DNA of 63,588 nucleotides, the filler included, from Octopus bimaculoides (taxonomy: Eukaryota), in assembly GCF_001194135.2 (NCBI RefSeq). It is 8 parts of 7 records of this genome, joined end to end, with 100 filler letters (N's around TTAATTAATTAA, not from the genome) between each part and the next. Parts side by side here need not be neighbours in the genome. Positions count along the whole stretch, not along the records: positions 16,461 to 40,888 come from NC_068985.1; 7 more parts are not named here. One strand, 5' to 3'. Of the stretch, positions 26,399-37,323 are shown piece by piece. The notes beneath the pieces were generated by a model, which did not search any database, was not told the origin of the DNA, and was given only the letters and a program-made list of their open reading frames with translations. The translations under genes and the position numbers were made by a program. Within the stretch, counting starts at the first letter, position 1. Each line of letters starts with the position of its first letter.

Positions 26399-26781
26399 TG
26401 GAGGCGCAATGGCCCAGTGGTTAGGGCAGCGGACTCGTGGTCATAAGATCGCGGTTTCGATTCCCAGACCGGGCGTTGTGAGTGTTTATTGAGTGAAAAC
26501 ACCTAAAAGCTCCACGAGGCTCCAGCAGGGGATGATGGCGAACCCTGCTGTACTCTTTCACCACAACTTTCTCTCACTCTTACTTCCTGTTTCTGTTGTG
26601 CCTGTAATTCAAAGGGTCAGCCTTGTCACACTGTGTCACGCTGAATATCCCTGAGAACTACGTTAAGGGTACACGTGTCTGTGGAGTGCTCAGCCATTTG
26701 TACGTTAATTTCAAGAGCAGGCTGTTCCGTTGATCGGATCGACTGGAACCCTCGACGTCGTAAGCGACGGAGTGCCAACAA
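26399..26781 (+). mobile_element. full-length tRNA-derived SINE family A with 13-bp TSD
   Basis: A-box TGGCCCAGTGG, B-box GGTTTCGATTCC; TSD GTTTTATAGAGAG at 26386-26398 and 26782-26794. Confidence 0.9.
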
Positions 26782-27469
26782 GTTTTATAGAGAGCACATT
26801 ATCTTAACAGTGAATTAAGGCAAAATTAACGAGAAACCTCTGTAAGATCACTTGACCTGCTAGAAATAACAGCCAAATCTCCTCCAATGTTGTCTAACAT
26901 TACCCTTAAAAAGATGGAGTTGTCATAGCTGAAGTACCTGAGATCAAATTTCTGCTCAGTCAGAGTAAAAGCTGAATAAATGTAAGCTGTTGAACTCTAA
27001 GTTATGTTTAGTTTATATCTTATCAGAGATGTTAAACTATAGTTTAGTAATATTAAGAAAGTCATCTCACAGTTGAGCATTAGTGACCATGCTACTTCCC
27101 AACTTTAATTCATTTAACAAATTAGCAACAGGGCTTACAGTTAAATCATCTATCCACACATCTTCTCTGTCCATTATTCTTATGAGGGTCATGAGGGGAT
27201 GGGGTAAAATCCTCAGAAATCTCCTTCATAGGATACTATCAGAAGCAACTATCATTAAATTTTCCACCTGGATTCCCAAGCATAACCTACTGAGACTATG
27301 GATATTATCCAACTATCTCATTCTTGGTCTACCCCTATGTCCCCTATGAGTTGGCTCAGTTTGAAGAATCTATCTTGCGATTCTTCCCTGCAACATTTTA
27401 ATTGCATGTCCTTAATACCAGAGCTGTAACCTTTCAATGCAGAGAAGTTAAATCATTTAGCTAATTAAT

Positions 27470-27845
27470 AGGCGCAGGAGTGGCTGTGTGGTAAGTAGCT
27501 TGCTTACCAACCACATGGTTCTGGGTTCAGTCCCACTGCGTGGCACTTTGGGCAAGTGTCTTCTACTATAGCCTCGTGAGTGGATTTGGTAGGCGGAAAC
27601 TGAAAGAAGCCCGTCGTATATATGTATGTATATATATGTGTGTTTGTGTGTCTGTGTTTGTCCCCACCAACATCGCTTGACAACCGATGCTGGTGTGTTT
27701 ATGTCCCTGTCACTTAGCAGTTCGGTGAAAGAGACCGATAGAATAAGTACTAGTTGCAAAGAATACGTCCTGGGGTCGATTTGCTTGACTAAAGGTGGTG
27801 CTCCAGCATGGCCGCAGTCAAATGACTGAAACAAGTAAAAGAGTA
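27470..27845 (+). mobile_element. tRNA-derived SINE family C
   Basis: GGCGCAGGAGTGGCTGTGTGGTAAG head, GGTTCAGTCC B-box, internal (TA/TG)n, tail GACTGAAACAAGTAAAAGAG. Confidence 0.85.
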
Positions 27846-27973
27846 AATTAAATTTTAACAATTTCAGCTCCAGGTGTGTGGTTGAAAAATTTTCAAGACT
27901 TTTTTTGTTTTACATTTGAAGGAGTGAAAAGGAGTTAATATATAAAAATAACTTTTCTTTCTTTTATTTAAAG

Positions 27974-28181
27974 CGATGAATTGAGTCTGAATTCATATGT
28001 GAAAAGATTTGATGCTTTGAAAGCTGTCACTTCGATTGTTCTGGGTGCCGAAGGCAATGTTCGATCTACACTTCCGCAAAAACATCTTACTGTCGAGCAA
28101 CAAATTACAGCACTCATTGATTTGGCTACAGACCCAAATATTTTGATCAGAACATTTGAAGGCTGGAATCCTTTGATTTAA
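27974..28181 (+). CDS. PRKDC: DNA-PKcs terminal exon (FATC domain)
   Basis: ttttatttaaag|C, phase 2; DELSL...TVEQQITALIDLATDPNILIRTFEGWNPLI* vs human [26 protein letters not shown]. Confidence 0.97.
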
Positions 28182-28321
28182 ATCTAAATCATACTATTTT
28201 TTATCTTCATTTGTTGAATCACTTTGTTACATTTTTATTTTTTTAAATTTAATTCAAAACATCTTTTCTTAAAATCACCTAAAATATTACACTGTATTTT
28301 TAAATGTATGTGAGAAATTGA

Positions 28322-28327
28322 AATAAA
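28322..28327 (+). promoter_or_regulatory. putative PRKDC poly(A) signal
   Basis: First AATAAA, ~140 nt after the stop. Confidence 0.5.
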
Positions 28328-28669
28328 GGAAATGTTTATAAAACAATTATTTTTTGAAGTTCACTTCCCAACTACATGGTTTTGGGTTTAGTCCCAGTGC
28401 ATGGGACTAAGTGATTTTAGTAGCTAGAAACTGAAAGAAGCCCATCGTATATGTGTGTGTTTGTGTCCCTTTGTCTAGACATCATGTGAGAGTTATAAAT
28501 GAGCATTGCTGCCATACAAATAGTGTTTTTCATTTTCAATCATCTATGAAAACATATCCTGAGATGGAGAGATATTACCTTGCTTGAAAACAGGTGGGGT
28601 TTGAGGATAGGAGGGGTAATTGGCTGTAGAAAATATGCCTTAAAAAATGAATATTAGGATGGTGCCAGT

Positions 28670-29200
28670 TGACTCGTAAAGGACACCTACTAGACTCTGT
28701 AGAGTGGTTGGCGTTAGGAATAGCATCCAACTGTAGAAACCAAGCCAAAACAAACTGGAGCCTGGTGCAGCTCTCTGGCTTACCAGTTCCAGTCAAACTG
28801 AATAACCCATGCCATGGAAAACAGATGCTAGATGGTGATGGTGGCAGTGGCTTACATTGTTAGGATGCCATACAAATCAGAATGAAATGTTAAACATCAT
28901 CATCATCATCATCGTTTAACGTCCGCCTTCCATGCTACCATGAGTTGGACGGTTTGACTGAGGACTGGTGGACCAGGAGGCTACACCAGGCTCCAGTCTG
29001 ATTTGGCAGAGTTTCTACAGCTGGATGCCCTTCCTAACGCCAACCACTCAGAGAGTGTAGTGGGTGCTTGTATGTGTCACCCGCACGAAGGCCAGTCAGG
29101 CGGTACTGGCAACGGCCACGTTCAAAATGGTGTATTTTATGTGCCACCCGCACAAGAGCCAGTCCAGGGGCACTGGCAACGATCTCGCTCGAAAATCCTT
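28670..29200. mobile_element. tail-to-tail inverted pair of family D SINEs
   Basis: + copy 28670-28845 and - copy 28897-29200. Confidence 0.75.
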
Positions 29201-29664
29201 AATAAACTATCTTGAGTATTTATGCTGTTATATTTTCTTTTGAATAAGATTTCTTATGTAAATGTAAATCAAGGATTTCCAAAGCAATTTCAGATCAATG
29301 AATTCATCCTAAGTACTCCATACACTACCTAATAAAATATTATTCAGAAGAAATATTATTTAGACTGATACCTGAGGGTCATATCAAGTGACTTCTAGCA
29401 GCAGAAGCTTGAACTACAACAGGTTTGTCCCGCAGGATGTTTCCAATTACTTTTGGGTACCCCTTCATACGTTCAACATCAGCAGAAGTTTAACTTAAAA
29501 CCATACAGAATGATTAAGCAAATAATTAATTAGTTATATAGCTAACCAGTTAAGAAATAATAATAAACAAGTAAAATTGGACCAGTGCTTGTTTTTATTA
29601 TTGCAAACGAAATACAGAAACAAAATTTTTTATTTTATTTTATTTATATTATATTGGCACAGGC

Positions 29665-29960
29665 ATGGCTGTGTGATAAGAAGCTTGCTTCCCAGCCACA
29701 TGATTCTGGGTTCAGTCCCACTGCATGGCACCTTGGGCTAGTGCCTTCTACTATTGTCTCGGGCTGACCAAAGCCTTGTAAGTGGATTTGGTAGACAGAA
29801 ACTGAAAGAAGCTGTGTGTATTTACGATGTTGGTGCATTTACGTTTCTGTAACTTGGTGGTTCGGCAAAAGAGACTGATAGCATAAGTACTAGGCTTACA
29901 AAGAATAAGTCTTGGGGTCAATTTCTTCAACTGATAAAAAGCCTTTAAGGTAGTGCTCCA
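29665..29960 (+). mobile_element. SINE family C, degenerate
   Basis: Similarity to 27470-27845. Confidence 0.7.
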
Positions 29961-30779
29961 GCATAAGAGGCCTTGGATAGAAAGCACCGTTTTCTTCTAG
30001 GATTTTTTTTCCTGTTTTCTCGTTAATATTTACATCCCTCTTTGATACACATTAGTTAAAAGTATGCATACGCACAGGCTTGACTGTATGGTAAGAAGCT
30101 TGCTTCCTAACCACGATAGAATAAGTACTAGGCTTACAAAGAATAAGTCCTGGGGCCAATTTCAGTCAAATGACTGAAACAAGTAAAAGAATAAAAAAGA
30201 TACACACACAAATATGCCTGTGTGTATCTATACAATGCTCTTCATCACAGACCATACTACAGACTCTGCATCAGTATTTCTCACAGAACAGGGTTCATGA
30301 AAGTTGCACAAGGGAATGTCTCAACACATCTTCACCGTTATCTCTCCTACGACCACCTTCTTTATCTTACTCTTCTGACTCTCCTTCCTTTTCCAACCAG
30401 AGTGTCCATGTATCTACTCTACAGCAAGACACCTAAATCTATCCCTCTGTACTTTTAATCTCTCAACTGGCACAAAGCTACTCACTCTCAATATTACTGT
30501 CCCAGCTCTCAGTTGAGGAGCTTTTGTCTTACAAAGTACTTGATGATCCTGTCAGTACCTGTGTCATGTAAAAAGCACCCAGTACATTCTGGAAAGTGGT
30601 TAATGTTAGGAAGGGCATCCAGCCATAGAAACCATGCCAAAACAGACAACAGAACATGGTGTGGCTCCTGGCCTTGCCACTTCCTACCAAACCGTCCAAC
30701 CCATGCCAGCATGGAAAATAGATGTTAAATTATGATGATGAGGTGGTGGAAATGGTATGTTTTGGTTCAACCATAAAAA

Positions 30780-31000
30780 TACCTGCATAGCATTCAGCAA
30801 TGAGTTCTGTGCATTCTTTGGGACCATCAGTAATCTGGCTTGTGTGGGGATTGCGAAGAGGGCTAACTGGAGAGTCTCTACCTTGAATGTACATATTTCC
30901 AGAAAACCTTACTGTCAGGGTTGGTTGCTATGCGCTGTTCAAATTCAAGTACTGCCCTTTTTATCACCTGCTTGAGATGGTTGAATGATCAGTACTTTCA
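30780..31000 (-). mobile_element. CR1/L2-like LINE tether fragment
   Basis: AVLEFEQRIATNPDSKVFWKYVHS. Confidence 0.5.
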
Positions 31001-33549
31001 GAGAAGTAGGTATTGTTAAGGTAAGGGTTAATTGTACAACTCTAAAATGGAACAAAGACTGGCAAGCAAATGAGGGTAAATACTTACCTAGACGGTGAAG
31101 GGCTTGTTCCTTTGATCTTGAACACCCACAAGCAAGATGGATGTATGATCCCAAATACTCTAGTATATTTAGTATTGATGTGAGTTAGCTAAAAACAAAT
31201 AACTCAGAATTCAAATCCAATCATAGATGACTTTGCTTTTTAACTCTTATTGACTGATTTTTGTCAGTCATTTTATTTTGAGATGCAACGAACAAATTGA
31301 ATGTTGATTTGTCATCATATAAAATCACTGAATAGTGCCTTGTTTCATTTAATAAGATTCTTAACTCTTCCTCTGTGTGTATGTGTGTGTTTTATCTACA
31401 CTAAACTTACCCAACAAAATGGTAAACATTAGGGAACTGAAGTGTAGCAATTGTGAATTTTCAATTGCTTTTAAATCACATTTATTGCAGAAGTAGAAAG
31501 GTATAAAAAAAGGAGGTACAGTAAATAGGAAATAGTGATACAATACCATTTTATTAGTTGCTATCATCATCATCATCATCATCATCGTCGTCGTTTAACA
31601 TCCGCTTTCCATGCTAGCATGGGTTGGACGATTTGACTGAGGACTGGTGGACCAGGAGGCGACACCAGGCTCCAATCTGATTTGGCAGAGTTTCTACAGC
31701 TGGATGCCCTTCCTAACGTCAATCATATATACAGTAAGTAATTTTGAGGGGAAAGCATGTTAATACATTTAAAACTATCATTATAAAAGATTTAAAAGAT
31801 TTAAACAAAGCATTTAAATGCATTTTGAAAATATCAAAATAAACATTTAAGATGCATTTTCAAAATTAAAAAAGAATACAACATAAATCATATACCACTA
31901 GTGTTAGATAGCAAGTACATGCTTATTATAAATTTTAGAGTGCTGTAAGCTTGAGGTTTTCCCTTATTCCGGATGCCATGTATTATTTCAAACAAGTACT
32001 GTAGCTAAAAAGTAGGTTTCATTTTGCCAAATAAAGTTAACTTATATGTAGACTAGCATCCAAACCAGGGAAGATATTTCTTGTATGCCATCTATTTAAC
32101 AGCATAGACATTGGTGATAACTGATCTACTTTCATTTCTTAGTATCATAATATTATAATTTGGACAAGACTATACAGCTAAGTGGATGAGACATTAGACG
32201 ACTAGTTTACAGCTTATNNNNNNNNNNNNNNNNNNNNNNNNNNNNNNNNNNNNNNNNNNNNNNNNNNNNNNNNNNNNNNNNNNNNNNNNNNNNNNNNNNN
32301 NNNNNNNNNNNNNNNNNNNNNNNNNNNNNNNNNNNNNNNNNNNNNNNNNNNNNNNNNNNNNNNNNNNNNNNNNNNNNNNNNNNNNNNNNNNNNNNNNNNN
32401 NNNNNNNNNNNNNNNNNNNNNNNNNNNNNNNNNNNNNNNNNNNNNNNNNNNNNNNNNNNNNNNNNNNNNNNNNNNNNNNNNNNNNNNNNNNNNNNNNNNN
32501 NNNNNNNNNNNNNNNNNNNNNNNNNNNNNNNNNNNNNNNNNNNNNNNNNNNNNNNNNNNNNNNNNNNNNNNNNNNNNNNNNNNNNNNNNNNNNNNNNNNN
32601 NNNNNNNNNNNNNNNNNNNNNNNNNNNNNNNNNNNNNNNNNNNNNNNNNNNNNNNNNNNNNNNNNNNNNNNNNNNNNNNNNNNNNNNNNNNNNNNNNNNN
32701 NNNNNNNNNNNNNNNNNNNNNNNNNNNNNNNNNNNNNNNNNNNNNNNNNNNNNNNNNNNNNNNNNNNNNNNNNNNNNNNNNNNNNNNNNNNNNNNNNNNN
32801 NNNNNNNNNNNNNNNNNNNNNNNNNNNNNNNNNNNNNNNNNNNNNNNNNNNNNNNNNNNNNNNNNNNNNNNNNNNNNNNNNNNNNNNNNNNNNNNNNNNN
32901 NNNNNNNNNNNNNNNNNNNNNNNNNNNNNNNNNNNNNNNNNNNNNNNNNNNNNNNNNNNNNNNNNNNNNNNAAGTTAACTTATATGTAGACTAGCATCCA
33001 AACCAGGGAAGATATTTCTTGTATGCCATCTATTTAACAGCATAGACATTGGTGATAACTGATCTACTTTCATTTCTTAGTATCATAATATTATAATTTG
33101 GACAAGACTATACAGCTAAGTGGATGAGACATTAGACGACTAGTTTACAGCTTATAAGTTCTTATCTATGAACTCAATTCACCTAGCTACAGGACATATG
33201 ACTGACACCTGTGACATTTACAATAGACTGAATTCTATCCAGTTGGTAGAGTGGATATATTTCTCATCTGCTTAATTCTCCAAAAATCTGGATTTAAGCT
33301 CTGGCTTTATGAACCACTGTGGAGCCATAGCAATCTACCAAAGTGTCAGTCTACTAAATTACAGACTGGTCTCCTTTCACTTTACTCCCATCTCAAAGTA
33401 CTACAAAGGATTTATCCAAGATTTGTTTATCTTTCATCAGCTTGCAAGTGTCAGTAGGATTGTATTTATTCTAGTTTATATCACATCAAATTTCAATATT
33501 CTTCCTGTGTGATTCCTGCTTTTATGTTGAAATACTCTTGCTTAGGTAT

Positions 33550-33910
33550 GACTTTGGCTTTGCGGTTTCTTTACAACCACATTGTTTTAGGTTCAATCCC
33601 ACAGCATGGAACCTTGAGCAAGTGTCTTTTAATATAGCTCCAAGATAACCTGTGCCTTGTGAATGAATTTGGTAGTTGAAAACTGAGAAGACCATCGCAT
33701 ATGTGTGTGTATGTGTGCATGTGTTTGTCATCCCACCCACCCACCACTTGACAACTAATGTTGGTTTGTTTGCATCCCTACAACTTAGCAGTTTGGCAAA
33801 TGAGTCTGACAGAATAAGTACCATAAGTACTGGGGTCAATTTAATTGACTAAAAGCTTTTCGAGGCATTGCCCCAGTATGGCCACTGTCCAATGATTGAA
33901 ACAAATAAAA
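33550..33910 (+). mobile_element. SINE family C, degenerate
   Basis: Similarity to 27470-27845. Confidence 0.65.
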
Positions 33911-34403
33911 GACAAGATATGCACAGCAAAGGACGCAACGACCTTTCAACAAGAAAGAAAAAATTCTTGAAGTGTTTTAAAACTTTGTCATTGAAAAACA
34001 AATTCTAAAGCCTTATACTTCAATCCTCTGTAGCGACAAATATCTTTAATGCTATCAGTTTTAGGCACATAAAATTTAGTTCATTATTCTGATAAAGCAA
34101 TTAATTTATGATTTAGAAGTTATCTCATTTAGTATTTACTTTAGCAACTAGATTAAGTTATAGGTCCTAGATACAGTTATATATACATATGTGTGTGCAT
34201 GTATGTATGTATGTATTTTTTTTTCTTTACTAGTTTCAGCTTCAGAGCTGGGGTGTGTATGTTTATTTTTAATATCTGTTTTCACAGATGTATATATTTT
34301 ATAGCATCTGTTTCAGTTCATTTTATCTCTTGTTACTTTTTCATCTTCTAACTATAATTTTATTGTCGTCATCACCACCACCACCGTCATCATCATCATC
34401 AAA

Positions 34404-34775
34404 ATGTACCCAGTACACTTTGTAAAGTGGTTGGTGCTAGGAAGGGCATCCAGCCATAGAAATCATGCCGAAACAGACAACTGGAGCCTGGTGCAGCCCT
34501 CCAGCTTTCCAGCTCCTGTCAAACCATCCAACCCATGCCAGCATGGAAAATGGACGTTAAATGATGATGATGGTGGTGATCTATGTGTATGCACATTTAC
34601 ACAAATGTGTATCGTCATCATCATCATTTAACATCCATTTTCCATGCTGGCATGGGTTGGATGGTTTGACTGGAACTGGTAAGCTGGCCAGAAGGCTGCA
34701 CCAGGCTCCAATCTGATCTGGCAAGGTTTCTACAGCTGGATGCCCTTCCTAATGCCAACCACTCTGAGAGTGTGG
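34404..34775. mobile_element. tail-to-tail inverted pair of family D SINEs
   Basis: + copy 34404-34572 and - copy 34617-34775. Confidence 0.8.
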
Positions 34776-35244
34776 TGGGCATCATTGGAAATGATAATGC
34801 AAAGATCCTGTGGGATTTTATGATTCAGTGCGACCATGAGTTAGAGAATAGGAAGCCAGACATAGTCTTAATTGAGAAAGAAAGCAAACTATGCTGGATC
34901 ATAGATATAGCATGCCCAGCTGACGACAAGGTATGTGATAAGGAAGAAAGAAAAGTCGGTAGATATAACAGGTTAGCTTGGGAGGTTAAGCAGTTGTGGT
35001 CGCTGAAAAAGGTGGTAGTAGTACCAATAATTGTCAGAGCCCTAGGAACAGTGAGTAAAAATCTTGAGAAGTGCATGGAACAAATAGGGGCTGCAATAAG
35101 GGTGGAGCACTTGCAGAAAACAGCACTGCTTGGAACCGCTTGAATATTCCGGAAGGTCCTCGAAAAATAAGAGGTGTTACCTTAGTTCACTGGTAGTGAA
35201 CAGCTGACACCGTAATACATCTCCAGTGTTAGAAGCTGTGCAAA

Positions 35245-35275
<31 letters not shown>
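34772..35275 (+). mobile_element. R4/Dong-like LINE 3' end: restriction-like endonuclease plus (TAA)n tail
   Basis: KILWDF.IQCDH.LENRKPDIVLI...IIDIACPAD...KVGRY..L..EVKQLW...VVVPIIV.ALGTV (PD-D/ExK RLE), followed by a 3' UTR and (TAA)n. Confidence 0.85.
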
Positions 35276-35339
35276 TCAATAATCATAATAATGCCCTCCC
35301 TCACCGATTTCCTCGAAAAGTAATAATTCCACTATTCAA

Positions 35340-35884
35340 TCCCTGAGCTGAATAGAACAAATTACAGTTACAAAATGTTTGACAAGATTATCTCACATTT
35401 GCTCTACATGGATGATCTGAAGTTATATGAAAAGATAACAAAGATCTGAAAGGACTACTAGTAACTGTGAAAAAATTCAGTGATGACATCAATATGGAAT
35501 TTGGCCTTATCAAGTGTGCAAAAGCTTCATTCAAATGAGGTAAACTGACAGCCAGTACCACAACCCAATTTGATCATGATATATCTATCAAGGACCTGGG
35601 CCAAAAAGGCTTTTATAAGTATCTTGGCACAATCCCATAGTCATTCATGACCTATGGGAGTCTTAAAGACTGTGAACCTTGACATAATGATTATAGATAG
35701 GGAAAAGCAAAGTTGCTTACTTATCAACCCATCATGTCCGTTTGATTCCAGGATCATAAAGGAAGAGGAAGAAAAACAGAAAAAATACTGTCCCTTAAAA
35801 TTTGAAATAGGAAGAATTTGCAGCATGCAGACAATAAAGGTCATGCCTACAATAATTGGTGCATTTGGAACAGTAAGCCAAGAT
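35340..35884 (+). mobile_element. internally deleted R4-like LINE (RT YMDD motif fused to RLE)
   Basis: ISHLLYMDDLKLY...FSDDINMEFG...KCAK...YKYLG, then LDIMIIDREKQSCLLINPSCPFD...IIGAFGTV. Confidence 0.7.
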
Positions 35885-36984
35885 ATAGAATTGTTCCATA
35901 TACTGCCACATATCAAGTAATCCAACTAAGATTCTACCTTAAATGTCTCTTAACCCTTTACCATTTAAACTAGCCATATCTGGCCTTAATATTCTACTTG
36001 TTTTATCTTCAAACTGACCAGATCCAGCCTCTCATACCTACTTGTGTATGACTTTCACCAAGTCATACACAAGGAAAATGTTGAACTCAGCATTGCAGGC
36101 TAAAAAAATACTCTTCAGTGTGTCGGCAGAAACCGATGATCCAGTTCTTTATTTACTATCCAGCTGTGACTCAGTTGCTTCATAGAATTGTTCCATATAC
36201 TGCCAAATATCAAGTAATCCAAAACAACCACCAGATTTTTTATTTTATAAAAAGAAAGTTTAAATATTGTTTTATTTATGAAACAGTCTGAATATCTATA
36301 TGTAAATATTAGTTGATTGAAATTAATGACATGTGTCACTTATATTGTCTAATTCATAATCTGGAAAAGGAAAAAAATCATTTTTATATTATTCAGCCTA
36401 CATACAGCTACAGGAAGAAAGACTTAAAGGGTATTAACTGATATCATTGCCATAAATCTAGTACCAGCATATCTAAAGACCAAATTTCCAACACAAATGA
36501 TTACATTACTAAATAATTACATTACTAAAAATATTATAGTTTTGTTCAACAATTTATTATGGAACTAGGTTATTTGTTTTGGTAGAATTTCAGACATGTA
36601 TTGATCTCAGCAACTAAGATTCTACCTTAAATGTCTTTTAATTTTTTAGCATTTAAACCAGCCATATCCAGCCCTAATATTCTACTTGTTTTATCTTCAA
36701 ACTGGCCAGATCTGGCCTCTCATACCTACTCTACAATGTCATTCAAATAATAATAATTACATCATTGAAATATTGAAACTACAAGATAATGCCTGATTAA
36801 TTATAAGTAGTGTGAGCATATAAGCATTACATTTGATAAAATAAATTGGATGCTTTATTCCCATTTGACCATTTCAACTGGAAGAACCAGCAGGAGAGAT
36901 CCTCTATGTGGTTGTTCAACATGCTGCAAATAGCAGCCAAATCTCCTTGAATCCACATCCTACCATAAAAAAAGGACATATTAC

Positions 36985-37323
36985 TCTTTTACTCTTTTAC
37001 TTGTTTCAGTCATTTGACTGTGGCCATGCTGGAGCACCACCTTTAGTCGAGCAAATCAACCCCAGGACTTATTCTTTGTAAGCCTAGTACTTATTTTATT
37101 GGTCTCTTTTTGCCGAACCACTAAGTTACAGGGACGTAAACACATCAGCATCGGTTGCCAAGCGATGTTGGGGAAACAAACACAGACACACAAACATATA
37201 CACACACATACATATATATACATATATACGACGGGCTTCTTTCAGTTTCCATCTACCAAATCCACTCACAAGGCTTTGGTCGGCCCGAGGCTATACTAGA
37301 AGACACTTGTCCAAGGTGCCATG
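36985..37323 (-). mobile_element. SINE family C
   Basis: Reverse complement of the family consensus, runs into a gap. Confidence 0.8.

Noticed and set aside
26399-26475. tRNA-like sequences at SINE heads
   Set aside because: They continue into SINE bodies with TSDs and lack a proper acceptor stem; not tRNA genes
32033-33156. Identical ~185-bp direct repeat flanking a 754-N gap
   Set aside because: Perfect identity ending exactly at the gap edge indicates an unmerged contig overlap; same pattern at the 10-N gaps near 8891, 16961 and 61364
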